From Mobula hypostoma (lineage: Eukaryota): a stretch of DNA of 64,000 nucleotides. A model generated the notes under the pieces. That model made no database searches. It saw nothing but the letters and a program-made list of their open reading frames with translations, and was not told the DNA's origin. The position numbers and the translations under genes were made by a program. The DNA lies in contig NC_086108.1 in the NCBI RefSeq assembly GCF_963921235.1, positions 85,500,001-85,564,000 on the forward strand, written 5' to 3'. Shown piece after piece: positions 11,660 to 23,252 of this stretch. Position 1 is the first letter of the stretch. Every line of letters begins with the position of its first letter.

Positions 11660-12785
11660 AGAGTCATAGAGTCACAGACAGGTACAGCACAGAAACAAAT
11701 ACGGCACATTTAGTCCAGCCCAACCCGTTTAAGAGCCTTGTCCCATCGACCTGCACTGGGACCATAGCCATCCATACCCCTACTATCCATGTACCTATCC
11801 AAATTTCTCTTGAACTTTGAAATGGAGCTCACATGCACCACTTGTTCCACACTGTCACAACCTACTGAGTGAAGAAGTTTTCTCTCATGTTCCCCTTAAA
11901 CCTTTCACCTTTCACCCTTAACTCATGATCTCTAATTGTAGTCCCACCCATCCTCAGTGGAAAGACCTTGCCTGCATTTACTCTATCTATACTCCTCATA
12001 ATTTTGTATACCTCCATCAAATTGCCCCTCAAGCTTCTACATTCCAAAGAATAAAATCCTAACCTATTTAATCTATCCTTATAACTCAGGTTTACCAGTC
12101 CTGGCAATATCCTTGTTAATTTTCTCTGTACTCTTTCAACCTAATTTACATCTTTCCTGTTGGTAGGTGATCAAAACTGCACACAACACCCAAATTAGGC
12201 CTCACCAATGTCTTCTACAACTTCAACATAACAGCCCATCTCCTGTACTCAATACTTTGATTTATGAAGGCCCATGTGCCAAAACCTTTCTTGACAACCC
12301 TAAATACCTGTACCACCACTTTCAATGAATTATCAATCTGTATTCCCAGATCCCTTTGTTCTACCACACTTCTCAGTGCCCTAAGGCCTACCCTGATTGG
12401 CCCCGCCAAAATACCACACCTTGCACTTGTCTGCTTTAAATTCCATCTGCCATTTCCCAACACATTTTTCCAGATCCTGCTGCAAGCTCTGATAGTCTTC
12501 TTCGCTGTCCATGACACCCCCAATCTTGGTGTCATCTGCTAATTTGCTGATCCAGCTAACTGCATTATTATCCAGATCGTTGATATAGATAACAAGCAAC
12601 AATGGACCCAGCACTGATCCTTGCGGCACTCCACTGGTCACAGGACTCCAGTCAGAGAGGCAACCATCTACTACCACTCTCTGCCTTCTCCCACGAAACC
12701 AATGTCTAATCCAATTTAATACCTCATCTTGAATGCCAAGCAACTGAACTCTCTTGACCAACCTCCCATACAGAATCTTGTCAAT
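11660..12785 (-). mobile_element. CR1 LINE 3' fragment (RT C-terminus to tail)
   Basis: 'SGVPQGSVLGPLLLVIYINDLD...LADDTKIGG' and 'MPGLVNLSYKDRLNRLG'; (ctatgact)-type tail at ~11660. Confidence 0.88.
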
Positions 12786-12789
12786 ACAT

Positions 12790-13310
12790 TAAAAAATTAC
12801 CATAAGTTACAAGAAGCAGTATAAAAAATGAATAAGTAGTGCAACAAGAGAGTAAAACAGTAAGGTGGCTGTGATAGTTTATGATCCATTCAGAAATCTG
12901 ATAGCAGAGGCAAAGCTGTTCCTAAAACGTTGAGTAGGTATCTTCAGGTTCAATGAGAAGGGGGCAGGTGAGGGTCTTGAATGCTCAAAGCTGCCTTCTT
13001 GAGGCATCACCCTTTGAAGGTGTCCTTGATGTTGGGGAGGCAGGTGTCCATGATTGAGCTGGCTGAGTTTACAACCCTCTGCAGCTTTTTTTCTGATCCT
13101 GAGCATTGATGCCTTGATACCAGTCAGTGATGCATCTAGTCAGAATTCTTCTCACGATACATCTGTAGAAATTTGATAGTCTTTAAGGACAAACCAAATC
13201 TCTTCAAATTCCGAATGAAGCATAGCTGCTACTCTACCTTCTTCATAATTGTATCAATACGTTGCACCCGGGATCGATGTTCAGAGATGTTGGCACCAGG
13301 AACTTGAATC
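12790..13310 (-). mobile_element. Rex1/Babar LINE 3' fragment
   Basis: 'TQRFRNSFASAIRFLNG' C-terminal motif; similar to the 3' end of the Rex1 at 23253-26749. Confidence 0.7.
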
Positions 13311-13727
13311 TACTTGCCGTTTTTTGGTTGGATAATTGGCCACTGTAAGCTGCTCTCATTGAGTAGGTGTGTGGTGAAATCTGATGGAAAATGTAGAAAG
13401 TATATAGATGATATTTCTGTAGGACAAGTGCAACTGGGTGCTTGTTGGCCAGTGTGGATCCATGGGCTGAACTGCCTGTTACTGTGCTGTATCTCTCTGT
13501 GACCCCATTGTATCATCATTTAGCTGAGGGGTTATTGCCTTCAGTAAAGGTAGATAGATACCTTATTGATCCCAAAGAAAAATAACGTATGTTCTGACAG
13601 TTTTACCTCTTTATTGCCTTTGTAAACAGCAATATTAAAAATCAAATTTACACCACAAGTTGACTTAGCATCCATGAACCTTTGAAATTCTTGATGAAAA
13701 ACAAAAGCACTCTGGATAGTGGAAATC

Positions 13728-13870
13728 TGAAAGAAAAAACAGAAAATGCTGGAAAATATTTCTGGTCTGAGCTGGTGAAATGTCTTTGACATGAAACTTT
13801 AACTCTGTTTCTCTTTCTCGAGATGCTGCCTGATGTGTTGAGTATTTCCAGTATTTTCTGTTTTTATCTC
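13728..13870. mobile_element. Old Penelope pLTR fold-back remnant
   Basis: 'aaaaacagaaaatgctggaaa' is inverted relative to 'tttccagtattttctgttttt'; internal 'gatgctgcctga' as in the other pLTR copies. Confidence 0.55.
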
Positions 13871-15349
13871 ATGATGACTAAATCCTAATGTGCTTTTATG
13901 TTCTTTGAAAGTGTAAATGTGGCAGCAGATTTGTTTGCAAATAGCAGGCCTGGGGTAGATATTTTTTTCCTGTGTTCTTTGTATATGGAACTTTACTCCA
14001 CTGAAGTGAATGACATCAAATTTCAGAAGTGGTCAATGAGCATGTCCTTGGATCCCCTTAATACCATGTAATGATTCATCCCTGTCTTTGACATAATCAG
14101 CAACTGATGCTCTAGAACTCTCTCGTGTACTGACTTTCAAACATTTGCCAATCTCTTGAATTTTTTGCTCATCTCAGTCCTGAATGTCCAAACCGCTTAC
14201 ATAGAAAATGACTCCTCATTATAGATGCTCCAGCCAGAAATATCATCTCTACCTCTTTCCTTTCAAACCCTGTAAGAATTCTGTATTTTTCAAAGAGATG
14301 AACACTCATTCTTCTAAACTAAAAGGAATTTTGGACCAGCCTTCTTAATTATTTCTTACTAAGCAAACTTCCCCATCTCATGGATCAATCTGGCAAACCT
14401 GTGCTTGGTTCCATTTTAAATATATTCTTCTTAAGCAGTATGCACCAGACATGTACACAATGTGCCGGATGTAGTCTATAAATAGTAAGCCTTTATTTTT
14501 ATACTCAAATCTTCTTGCAACAAAGATCAACATACTGTTTGCTTTTCTATTACCTGTGTGTTACCTTTCAGTGGTTCAAGTTTAATGACACAACACTGTG
14601 AGGTGAAGAGCCTGGCCAGAGATCAATGTTCTGTGTAAGGTCATCCAGGACCCTCTGAATCAATGTTTCACTGTTTAAAAATTACTCTGCCTTTCTCATT
14701 TTTCTCTTAAAGTGGATGATTTCATAATTTTTCCACATTATATGCTGCCTCTGTCCATTAGCAGCCAGTAGCCCTATAAAACTTAGTCATAGTCATACTT
14801 TATTGATCCCGGGGGAAATTGCTTTTCGTTACAGTTGCACCATAAATAATAAATAGTAATGAAACCATAAATAGTTAAATAGTAATATGTAAATTATGCC
14901 AGTAAATTATGAAATAAGTCCAGGACCAGCCTATTGGCTCAGGGTGTCTGACCCTCCAAGGGAGGAGTTGTAAAGTTTGATGGCCACAGGCAGGAATGAC
15001 TTCCTATGACGCTCAGTGCTGCATCTCGGTGGAATGAGTCTCTGGCTGAATGTACTCCTGTGCCCACCCAGTACATTATGTACTTCTCAAAACTTCTCTG
15101 CATCCTCACAAGCCGCACTGCCACTTCCATTAGGAAATTCACTCCCTTTATCCAGATCACTAATTTGTATTGTGAATAGCTGAGGTCCTGTGGCGTTCCC
15201 ACTTGTCATATCCTCCTACCATGAAAATTGTGTATTTATTACTATCCAATGCTTCCTGTCCATTCGCCAATCCCAAATCTATGATAGAATATTAATCCCA
15301 ATCCCATGTGCTCTAATTTTGCTTAATGGACTTTCGTGTGTCACCATAT

Positions 15350-15840
15350 TGTGCAGGAATCCCTGAAGGTTAACTTGCAGGATGAGTCTGTGGTGAGGAA
15401 GGCAAAGGTGACATTAGCTTTCATTTCAAGAAGACTGGAATATAAAAGCAAGGATGTAGTGTTGAGACTTTATAAAACACTGGTGAGGCCTCACTTGGAG
15501 TATTGTGAACGGTTTGTGTCCCTTATCTTAGAAAAGGACGTGTTGAAACTGGAGAAGGTTCAAAAGAAGTTCATGAAAATGATTCCAGGATTGAATGACT
15601 TGTCATATGAAGAGTATTTGATGGCTCTGAGCTTGTATTCACTGGAATTCAGAAGAACGAGGGGTGAAAGGCCTTGATAGAGTGGATGTGGAGAGGAGGT
15701 TTCCTATGGTGGGAGAGTCCAGGATCAGAGGACACAGCCTCAAATTAGTGGAGTGTCCTTTTAGAGCAGAGAAGAAGGGGAATTTCTTCAGCCAGAGAAT
15801 GATGAATCTGTAGAATTCATTGCCACAGGTGGCTGTGGCC
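15350..15840 (+). mobile_element. CR1 LINE 3' fragment
   Basis: ORF 15336-15677 'LRLYKTLVRPHLEYCE...KMIPGLNDLSYEE'. Confidence 0.85.
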
Positions 15841-16235
15841 TCCTACCTCACCCATGCTGACTGAGATGCCAATCTATGCTAATCTCATTTTCCCCTAATG
15901 GTCCAGTACCCCTCTATGCCTTTTCTACCCTTTTCAATGTTGCAATTGTATCCGCATCCACTGCTTTCTCTGGTAGTTTGTTCCAGATATTCACCATCCT
16001 CTGTGTGGCTCTCTGATATCCTTCAAATTTCTCTTCTCACCTTGAACTTGCGCCCTCTAGTTTCGGTTTCCCATGCCCTGGGAAAAGGATTCTGACTATC
16101 TTATCAATTCTGCTCATAAGATTGTAAACCTCTATATAAGACCATCCTGCCTCCTGTGCTCCAAAGTGATTAAGGCCAGCCTAACCAATCACTCCTTAAG
16201 ACTACAACCCTTTATTCCAGACAACATGGAATTGA

Positions 16236-17152
16236 TTGCAGTTGATACAAAGATAGGTGGAGGGGTTGGTAGTGTTGAGGAAACAATGCGATTGCAGCAG
16301 GACTTAGACAAATTGGTAGAATAGGCAAAAATGTGGCAGATGGAATGCAGTGTTGGGAAATGTATGATCATGCACTTTGGTAAAAGGAACGATAGTGGAG
16401 ACTATTATCTAAATGGGGAGAAGGTTCAAACATCAGAGGTGCAGATGGACTTAGGAGTCCTTTTGTAAGACTCTCAGAAGGTTAATTTACAGATTGAGTC
16501 TGTGGTTAAAAAAAAGGCAAATGCAAAGTTGGCATTTATTTCGAGGGGAATAGAATATAAAAGCAAAGAGATAATGTTGAGCCTCTATAAGACACTGGTC
16601 AGGCCGCATTTGGAGTATGGTCAACAGTTCAGGCCCCATATCTCAGAATGTGTTGTCATTAGAGAGAGTCCAGAGGAGGTTCATGAGGATGATTCTGGGA
16701 ATGAAGGGATTAACCTATGGGAAGTGTTTGGCAGCTTTGGGCCTGCACTCACTGGAATTTAGAAGAATGCGGGGGAATCTCATTGAAACCTACCGAATGT
16801 CGAAAGGTGGATGTTGGGAGGATGTTTCCTATAGTGGGGGTATCCAGAACTAGAGGGCACTGCCTCAAAATTGAGGGGCGACCCTTTAGAACAGAGATAA
16901 GGAGGAATTTTTTTTAGCCAGAGAGTAGCGAATTTGTGGAATGTTCTGACACAGACTGTGGTGGAGGCCATGTCCGTGGATATACTTAAGGTGGAAGTTG
17001 ATTGTTTCCTGATCGGTCAGGGCATCAAAGGATATGGCGAGAAGGCAGGTGTATGGGGTTGAGTGGGATCTGTGATCAGCCATGATGGAATGGCAGAACA
17101 GACTTGATGGACTGAATGGCCTAATTCTGCTCCTATGTCTTATGGTCTTATG
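16236..17152 (+). mobile_element. CR1 LINE 3' fragment with intact tail, nested in an older minus-strand CR1
   Basis: 'DTKIGGGVGSVEE', 'LYKTLVRPHLEY'; tail 'ctcctatgtcttatggtcttatg'. Confidence 0.88.
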
Positions 17153-20100
17153 AACACACTGGTAAAGCTTTATCTCTCTGTCTCTGTCTCTCTCTGCCTG
17201 TCTCTCTGCCTCTCTCTCTCTTGGCAAGCAGAACTATATGCAGTATTCTCTGTGCAGCCTAACCAGTGTTTTGTACAATTACGACATGGTGTCCTTATAT
17301 CTCAGATTATGAAGGTAAGTATACCAAATGCATTTTTACCACTTTCGGTGAGCTGACATTTGGATCCCAATGTCCCACTGTACATCAATGCTTCTAGATG
17401 TCCAATCAAAATTTGACCTCCTATAGCACACTACTTCACACTTGTCTGGATTAAATTCCATCTGCTACTGCACTGACCAAAGTTCCTGTCAATCTATATC
17501 CTGATGTATCCTTAGATACATATATCCTTTGTTCTCTGTGATTTTTTGTTGTCTGCAAAATTAGTAATCATACCACCTGTATTCTTACTAAGTCATTTAT
17601 ATATTTCACAAACAGCGAAGTTTTCAGCACCAGTTCTTTTGAACACTCCTTGCTGCAGTTTTCCAATGAGAAAAGCATACATCCACCACTATCTTTGGTC
17701 TCCTATTACCCAGACAATTTAGGAGCAAGTTGGGCAATATTCCTCGGATTCCCTTCTGCATTAACTTTCTGGACCAGTCTGCCAGTCAGGACTTTGTCAA
17801 AATCCTTACTGAAATCCATGTAAACCACATTATATCTTCAGGTTTGTGGGACATGATCTTCCTTGCACAAAACCATGCTGACTCCTCCATCAATCCTGGC
17901 CTTTCTGTGTGAAGATAAAATCTGTCCCTCAGACTTCTCGGCAACTTCTTTCTGACTGATGTCACCCTTAATGTCCTGTAGATTCCAGGCTTAACCCACA
18001 GCCCTTTATGAAAAAGAAGACTTTAACTATCCACTTTACATTAGCTACCTACTGTATTTTTTCTTTAATAGTAGACTCCAGCATTTTTATGATGTCAGGC
18101 TAACTGGTCTAGTGTCTGCTATCTTCTCTCTTCCTCCTTTCTTATGTGGTAGGGTTACATTTGTTACCTTTCAATCTCCATGAACCATTCTAGGCTTTAA
18201 AGAAATTAGAACGATGGCAATCAGTGCATTCAATGTCTCCAAAGACATCCTATTCATGCAGAGCAAAATAACTGAGGAAGTTATTGGCTTTCAGTCTCAT
18301 TAACTTGTCCATTATCTTTTGCTTGATATCTTTTTCTCAGCTTCTCATTTACTATGTATCTACTATATTTAATTATAGACCTGTAATAATTATAATTATT
18401 CCCTATTTCTTCTGGAAGGAGCTCTGTTTCTTCTTCCATGAAGACACAAACAAAATATGACTTAATTTCTCTGCTATTTTCTTATTCCCTCATATAACTT
18501 ATCAATGTAAAGGACCTGAAGGAGACATCTCTGTCCCTGGAGCTGGCATGTAATGTTGTCTTGAACGTGGTGATGAGCAAAAATCCACTCTCTTTACCGC
18601 AGCTACCCTAAGGTCGACAATGGTTCTGTAAAATGTTTTTGAGCAAACATTCAAATCTCTTTGGGGGAGAGTTCAAGATATTTGCTATCTTTTGCCACAA
18701 TGTTGCAGCTTTTTCTTTTTTTTTGCAAAATCCTGTTCTCATTACAAAACTTACTGTTTTTCCTAACTTGAGGTAATATATAAATCTGGATCAATTGCTT
18801 TCAGTTTCCTCATCTAAAATGTTATATGCAAAATATGGGTCTTGGAAGAGAGCCTCAGGGAACACCACTTCTCACATTCTGCATGGTGGAACATCAGCCC
18901 TCTATTCCCATCCTTCCGACCAACTGCCAGACCTGGTGAAGGGATTGTTCACAATTGGCAACTCTTCCCATTTTTCCTAGCATTTGTAATTTTATTGAAT
19001 GCCTTTGGAATGCTCATTTTGATCATGTCCACAGACACTACTTATTGATCTTACTCAGCTTGTTATGTCAAGCATATTTTATCTAAGCAAAGTCATTTGA
19101 GTCTGCTACTGTCTAATATTGGGAGCCAATAGCCCCTTCACCACTGATTTTACACAGAGGAGCAGGAATTGTCAACTCTTTCTTGGCTGTTTCCTTCTTA
19201 AACAATGGAATGACTCTTAAACCCTTCCACTTTGATGGTACAATTCCTTAATTACAAGAGCTTTTGAAAATTATGACCAACGCCTCTGCAGTTTGTTTGC
19301 CTACCTATTACATTACTCTGGCATAGAAAGCAATTAGGCCTTGAACATTTAGCTATCCATCCTGAGTTCCAATGTTTTAATTTGTTTTTATCTTGTCCAA
19401 AATCCAACAAGATCTTACCCCTTAACACATTTCTAAATGTCCCTCTACGTCTTTGGGTATACTTTTTTACAATGAAAATGGAGACAGATTATTGTTCAAT
19501 AAATCTATCATTGGAGTTATGTATTATAGTGTCACCTGCATCTTACTGTACTAGGCCAATATCTCTTGTAGCCACTTTTACTCCTCAGATTTGTAGAAGC
19601 TTTTTAGTCATAACCTACATTATCTACAGATGTTCTTTCACCTTAGCTATTTTTGATACTAATTATTTTTGTACTTCTTTTGCCACTTGCACTATATTGG
19701 GTTAACGGCAGGGGAGAGAACGGAAATAATGGGAAGATGCATATGTGTCATCTGGATATGCATTGCTAATTCAAGTACTTACTAATGACTTAAATTTCAA
19801 TATAGTAGAAGAAAGCCATGTGTTAAAGTTTTCCAAAGGTGCAGAGAATAGTGGTTTTACAAGCAAAGCACTTAGGGTTTTAAAATTATAAGATTAATTA
19901 GAGTCATAACATCATTCCCTTGCCATATCTACATTGCCTTATAGCTAACTACAGAAATGCCATTTACCCACTTTGTTTCTGCTTTCCATGCTTCCTATTG
20001 CTGGTTATGCATCCCTTGGTTATATGTTCCTTTGCTCTGTCCATTCCACATTCACTCTACACAGTCTGCATAATGCTACACCCTGCCTCCATTCTTTCAT

Positions 20101-20314
20101 GTCCACTGGAGCCATATTCCTGATATGTCTACAAGAGCCATATGCTACCTTCTCCCTTTCTGGTCCATATGCTGCACACACTCCCCCCCCCCCCCCCCAC
20201 ACATCTCGGTCTGGGTTCTCTGCAGCTTGCTATCCCGGAACCTAAAGTGGTTTTGCTTGGTTTGGATCTACCTTATCAGCTTCTTCATGCTTCACTTAAC
20301 CTGGCATAAATGCA

Positions 20315-20970
20315 GCGCGTGTGGCCTCTCTGGTGATGAATATCTGTTATCTGTCAAGTAGGAGGCCATGCACAATTCTGATTTGATGGAGACAGACATG
20401 AGAGCACGGAGGAACATCTGGTGAAAACTTCTGAAATGCCTGCTATGCTGCCGCTGCTACTGTGTGATCCGAAATCTCCGGAGGGGAAGGCCCCAAATCC
20501 TTAGCTTTGCCTGTTGCTTGGCGGCCGGGGCCGGGAACGAAGCGCTTGGCATAGATGGTGCTCGGTGCTTGGTGTCGGAGGGCTGGTCGGAGTCTCAAAG
20601 TTTTTGGACGGACTCAGAGTCGCACTGTGGTCAGGTGCTTCCAGGATGCTGCATCAGCAAGTTTGTGGCGCTGGAAGCTTATGGCAGGGAGAGTTTCTCC
20701 CTTCTACTGTCTGCGTGAGATGATGGGCTATCGGGACTTTGAGACTTTTTTTTACCGTGCCCATGGTCTGCTCTTATCAAATTACAGTATTGATTTATAC
20801 TGTTGTAACAATATGTTATAATTATGTGGTTTTTGTCAGTTTTAGTCTTGGTCTGTCTTGTGTTTCTGTGATATCATACCGGAAGAACATTGTATCATTT
20901 TTTAATGCATGCATTTCTAAATGACAATAAATGAGGACTGAGTGTCCTCAAAATCTAATCTAATTTAATC
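20315..20970 (+). mobile_element. Non-coding retroposon (SINE-like) with Rex1-type (AATCT)n tail
   Basis: Perfect 18-bp TSD taacctggcataaatgca (20297-20314, 20971-20988); no recognisable ORF; ends 'atgacaataaa-tgaggactgagtgtcctca-aaatctaatctaatttaatc'. Confidence 0.8.
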
Positions 20971-21127
20971 TAACCTGGCATAAATGCACAATTTGCTGAA
21001 AATGGCTACAAAAGTAGACTGGGTGGTGAAGGAGATGTTCAGCATGCTGACCTTTAACAGAGAGGTCCATCGGATTTAGTGGTAGGGACATTATGTTGCA
21101 GTTATATAAATTGCTGGTGAGTCTGCA

Positions 21128-22035
21128 TTTAGATTAGATTAGGTTCAACTTTATTGTCATTGTGCCGAGTACAGATACAAAGCCAATGAAATGCAGTTAG
21201 CATCTGACCAGAAATGCAAAGAATAGTGTCATTGACAAAATAACTGTGAATAAAAAGTAAGTGCTACAGTACACAAATATAAAAGTACTGAGACAGTACA
21301 ATATGGATGCAATACTGCTTAGCGCTGTGATGTGAGGTTCAGCAGGGTCACAGCCTCAGGGAAGAAGCTCTTCCTGTGCCTGCTGGTGCGAGAGCGGAGG
21401 CTCCTGTAGCACCTACCAGATGGGAGGAGAGTAAGAAGTCCATGGTTAGGGTGAGATGCATCCTTGATAATGCTTTTCGCCCTGCCCAGGCAGCATTTAT
21501 GGTAGATGTTTTCAATGGTGGGCAATTGGGTGCCGATAATCCGCTGGGCAGTCTTCACCACACGCTGGAGTGCTTTGTGGTCTGATATGGGACAATTGCC
21601 ATATCACACTGAGATGCAGTTGGTGAGTATGCTCTCAATGGTACAGTGGTAAAAGTCCGTCAGTGTCCTGGGACAGAGGTGAGCTTTCTTGATACTCCAC
21701 AGGAAATAAAGGTGCTGTTGTGCCTTTTTGATCAGGATAGAGGAGTTCAGGGACTAGGTGAGATCCTCGGAAATGTGGACACCAAGGAATTTGAAGCTTG
21801 ATACACGCTCCACTGCAGCCCTGTTGATGTAGATGGAGATGTGAGTGTGGCTCCCAGCATGCCTGACGTCCACAATGATCTCCTTGGTCTTCTGGGTGTT
21901 AAGGGCCAGGTTGTCGTTGGCACACCATGCTGCCAGGTGCTGGACCTCATCCCTGTAGGCCGTCTCGTCATCCCCCCGATCAGGCCAACCACCGTGGTGT
22001 CGTCTGCGAACTTGATTATGGAGTTGGAACCATGT
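21128..22035 (-). mobile_element. Rex1/Babar LINE 3' fragment inserted in a CR1 fragment
   Basis: 'IIKFADDTTVVGLI', 'NLALNTQKTKEIIVD', 'FKFLGVHISEDLT', 'LLPSGRCYRSLRSRTSRHRKSFFPEAVTLLN'; tail (ctaat)n. Confidence 0.88.
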
Positions 22036-22202
22036 ACATTTGGAGTATTGTATACAGTTTTGGTCACCCTGTTTTAGGAAAGACATTAAAAAACTGGAGA
22101 GGGTGCAGAAGAGATTAACGAAGATGCTGTCTGGACTAGAGGGTCTGAGTTACAGAGAGGAGTTGGCCATGCTTGATCTATGAGGGGAATGGATAAGGTG
22201 AC

Positions 22203-22340
22203 TAGTCCTGATGAAGGGTCTCGGCCCAAAACGTCAACTGTTTACTCTTTTCCATAGATGCTGCCTGGCCTGCTGAGTTCCACCAACATTTTGTCTCTGG
22301 TGCTTGGATTTCTAGCATCTGCAGATTTTCTCTTGTGTGT
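22203..22340 (+). mobile_element. Penelope pLTR mini-insert with a mutated hammerhead motif
   Basis: 'agtc ctgatga agggtctcggccc aaaa cgtc aact' (GAAA mutated to AAAA), then 'gatgctgcctggcctgctgagttc...catctgcagattttctcttg'; sits inside a CR1 3' fragment (~21000-22650). Confidence 0.8.
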
Positions 22341-23252
22341 GGATGGTGGTTAGTCTTATTTCATTTTCCAGTATTTGGGAGTCCAAAACCAGAGGGCTCA
22401 GATACAAGAAAAGAAGGTAGTGATTTAACAGAGATGTGAGAAGTAACTTCTTTACACAGAGGGTAGTAAGTACAAGATGAGCTGCCAGAGGAAGTGGTCA
22501 AGGCGGGTATAATTGCAATATTTACTTGGATAGGTACATGGAGGGTAGGGGCTTAGAGGGTTATGGGCTGAACCTGGGCAATAGGGTCTATCAGGAAGGA
22601 TTCTGTGATCAGCGTGGACTCCTTGCATCAAAGAACCTGCTTCCACACTGTAGTGTCCTACGATTTTATAGCTTTAGGATGGTCCAAGGAAACATTAGAA
22701 TTAGAAAACCAGGCGGCAGAAAGCCAGATGTTTACTGCAGCAAAACAAGGCCGTAGTTAAACTAAACCTGGAGCATTGTATTCATTCCTGACCTTCAGAC
22801 TTTGCAGAGGACATATTGGTTTTAAAAGGTGTGCAGTGCACACTTTCCAAACTGAGCACGCTAGGCTTATATTCCCTGGAATTTAGAAGTTGCAGTGAGA
22901 AATTTAATAGAGGGTGAACTATGATGATTCACCATCTGCAAATGATGAGCGAGCCTCATTCAATTATTAGTTTTAATCATGACATTGGTAGATTTTGTTT
23001 ACCAGAGTTATTGAGGGATACAAGGAAAAAATGAGCACCAAAATCATTAAGTCGTGGAGCAGGCGTGATGAATGAAACAGTCCCTTATTGCTATATTTCT
23101 CTCGGTACAGTGGATAAGCATTTTTTCTGATGTCTTTATAAGTCATATTCATTGGTTTTATACTCTGAGCTCATGATGACCACCATAGGTTTGCTGGGGT
23201 GCCCTATTCATGCAAGCATCTTCCTTGGTATACCAGGGGTGCTTAACCTGTT

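Noticed and set aside
18510..18960. Non-repeat-looking stretch; minus strand reads 'AATLWQKIANILNS', faintly Myb/SANT-like
   Set aside because: Too short, with stops, and no further motif support.
23234..23250. 'caggggtgcttaacct' hAT-like TIR just before the Rex1
   Set aside because: The putative partner TIR near 26770 is too degenerate to define an element.
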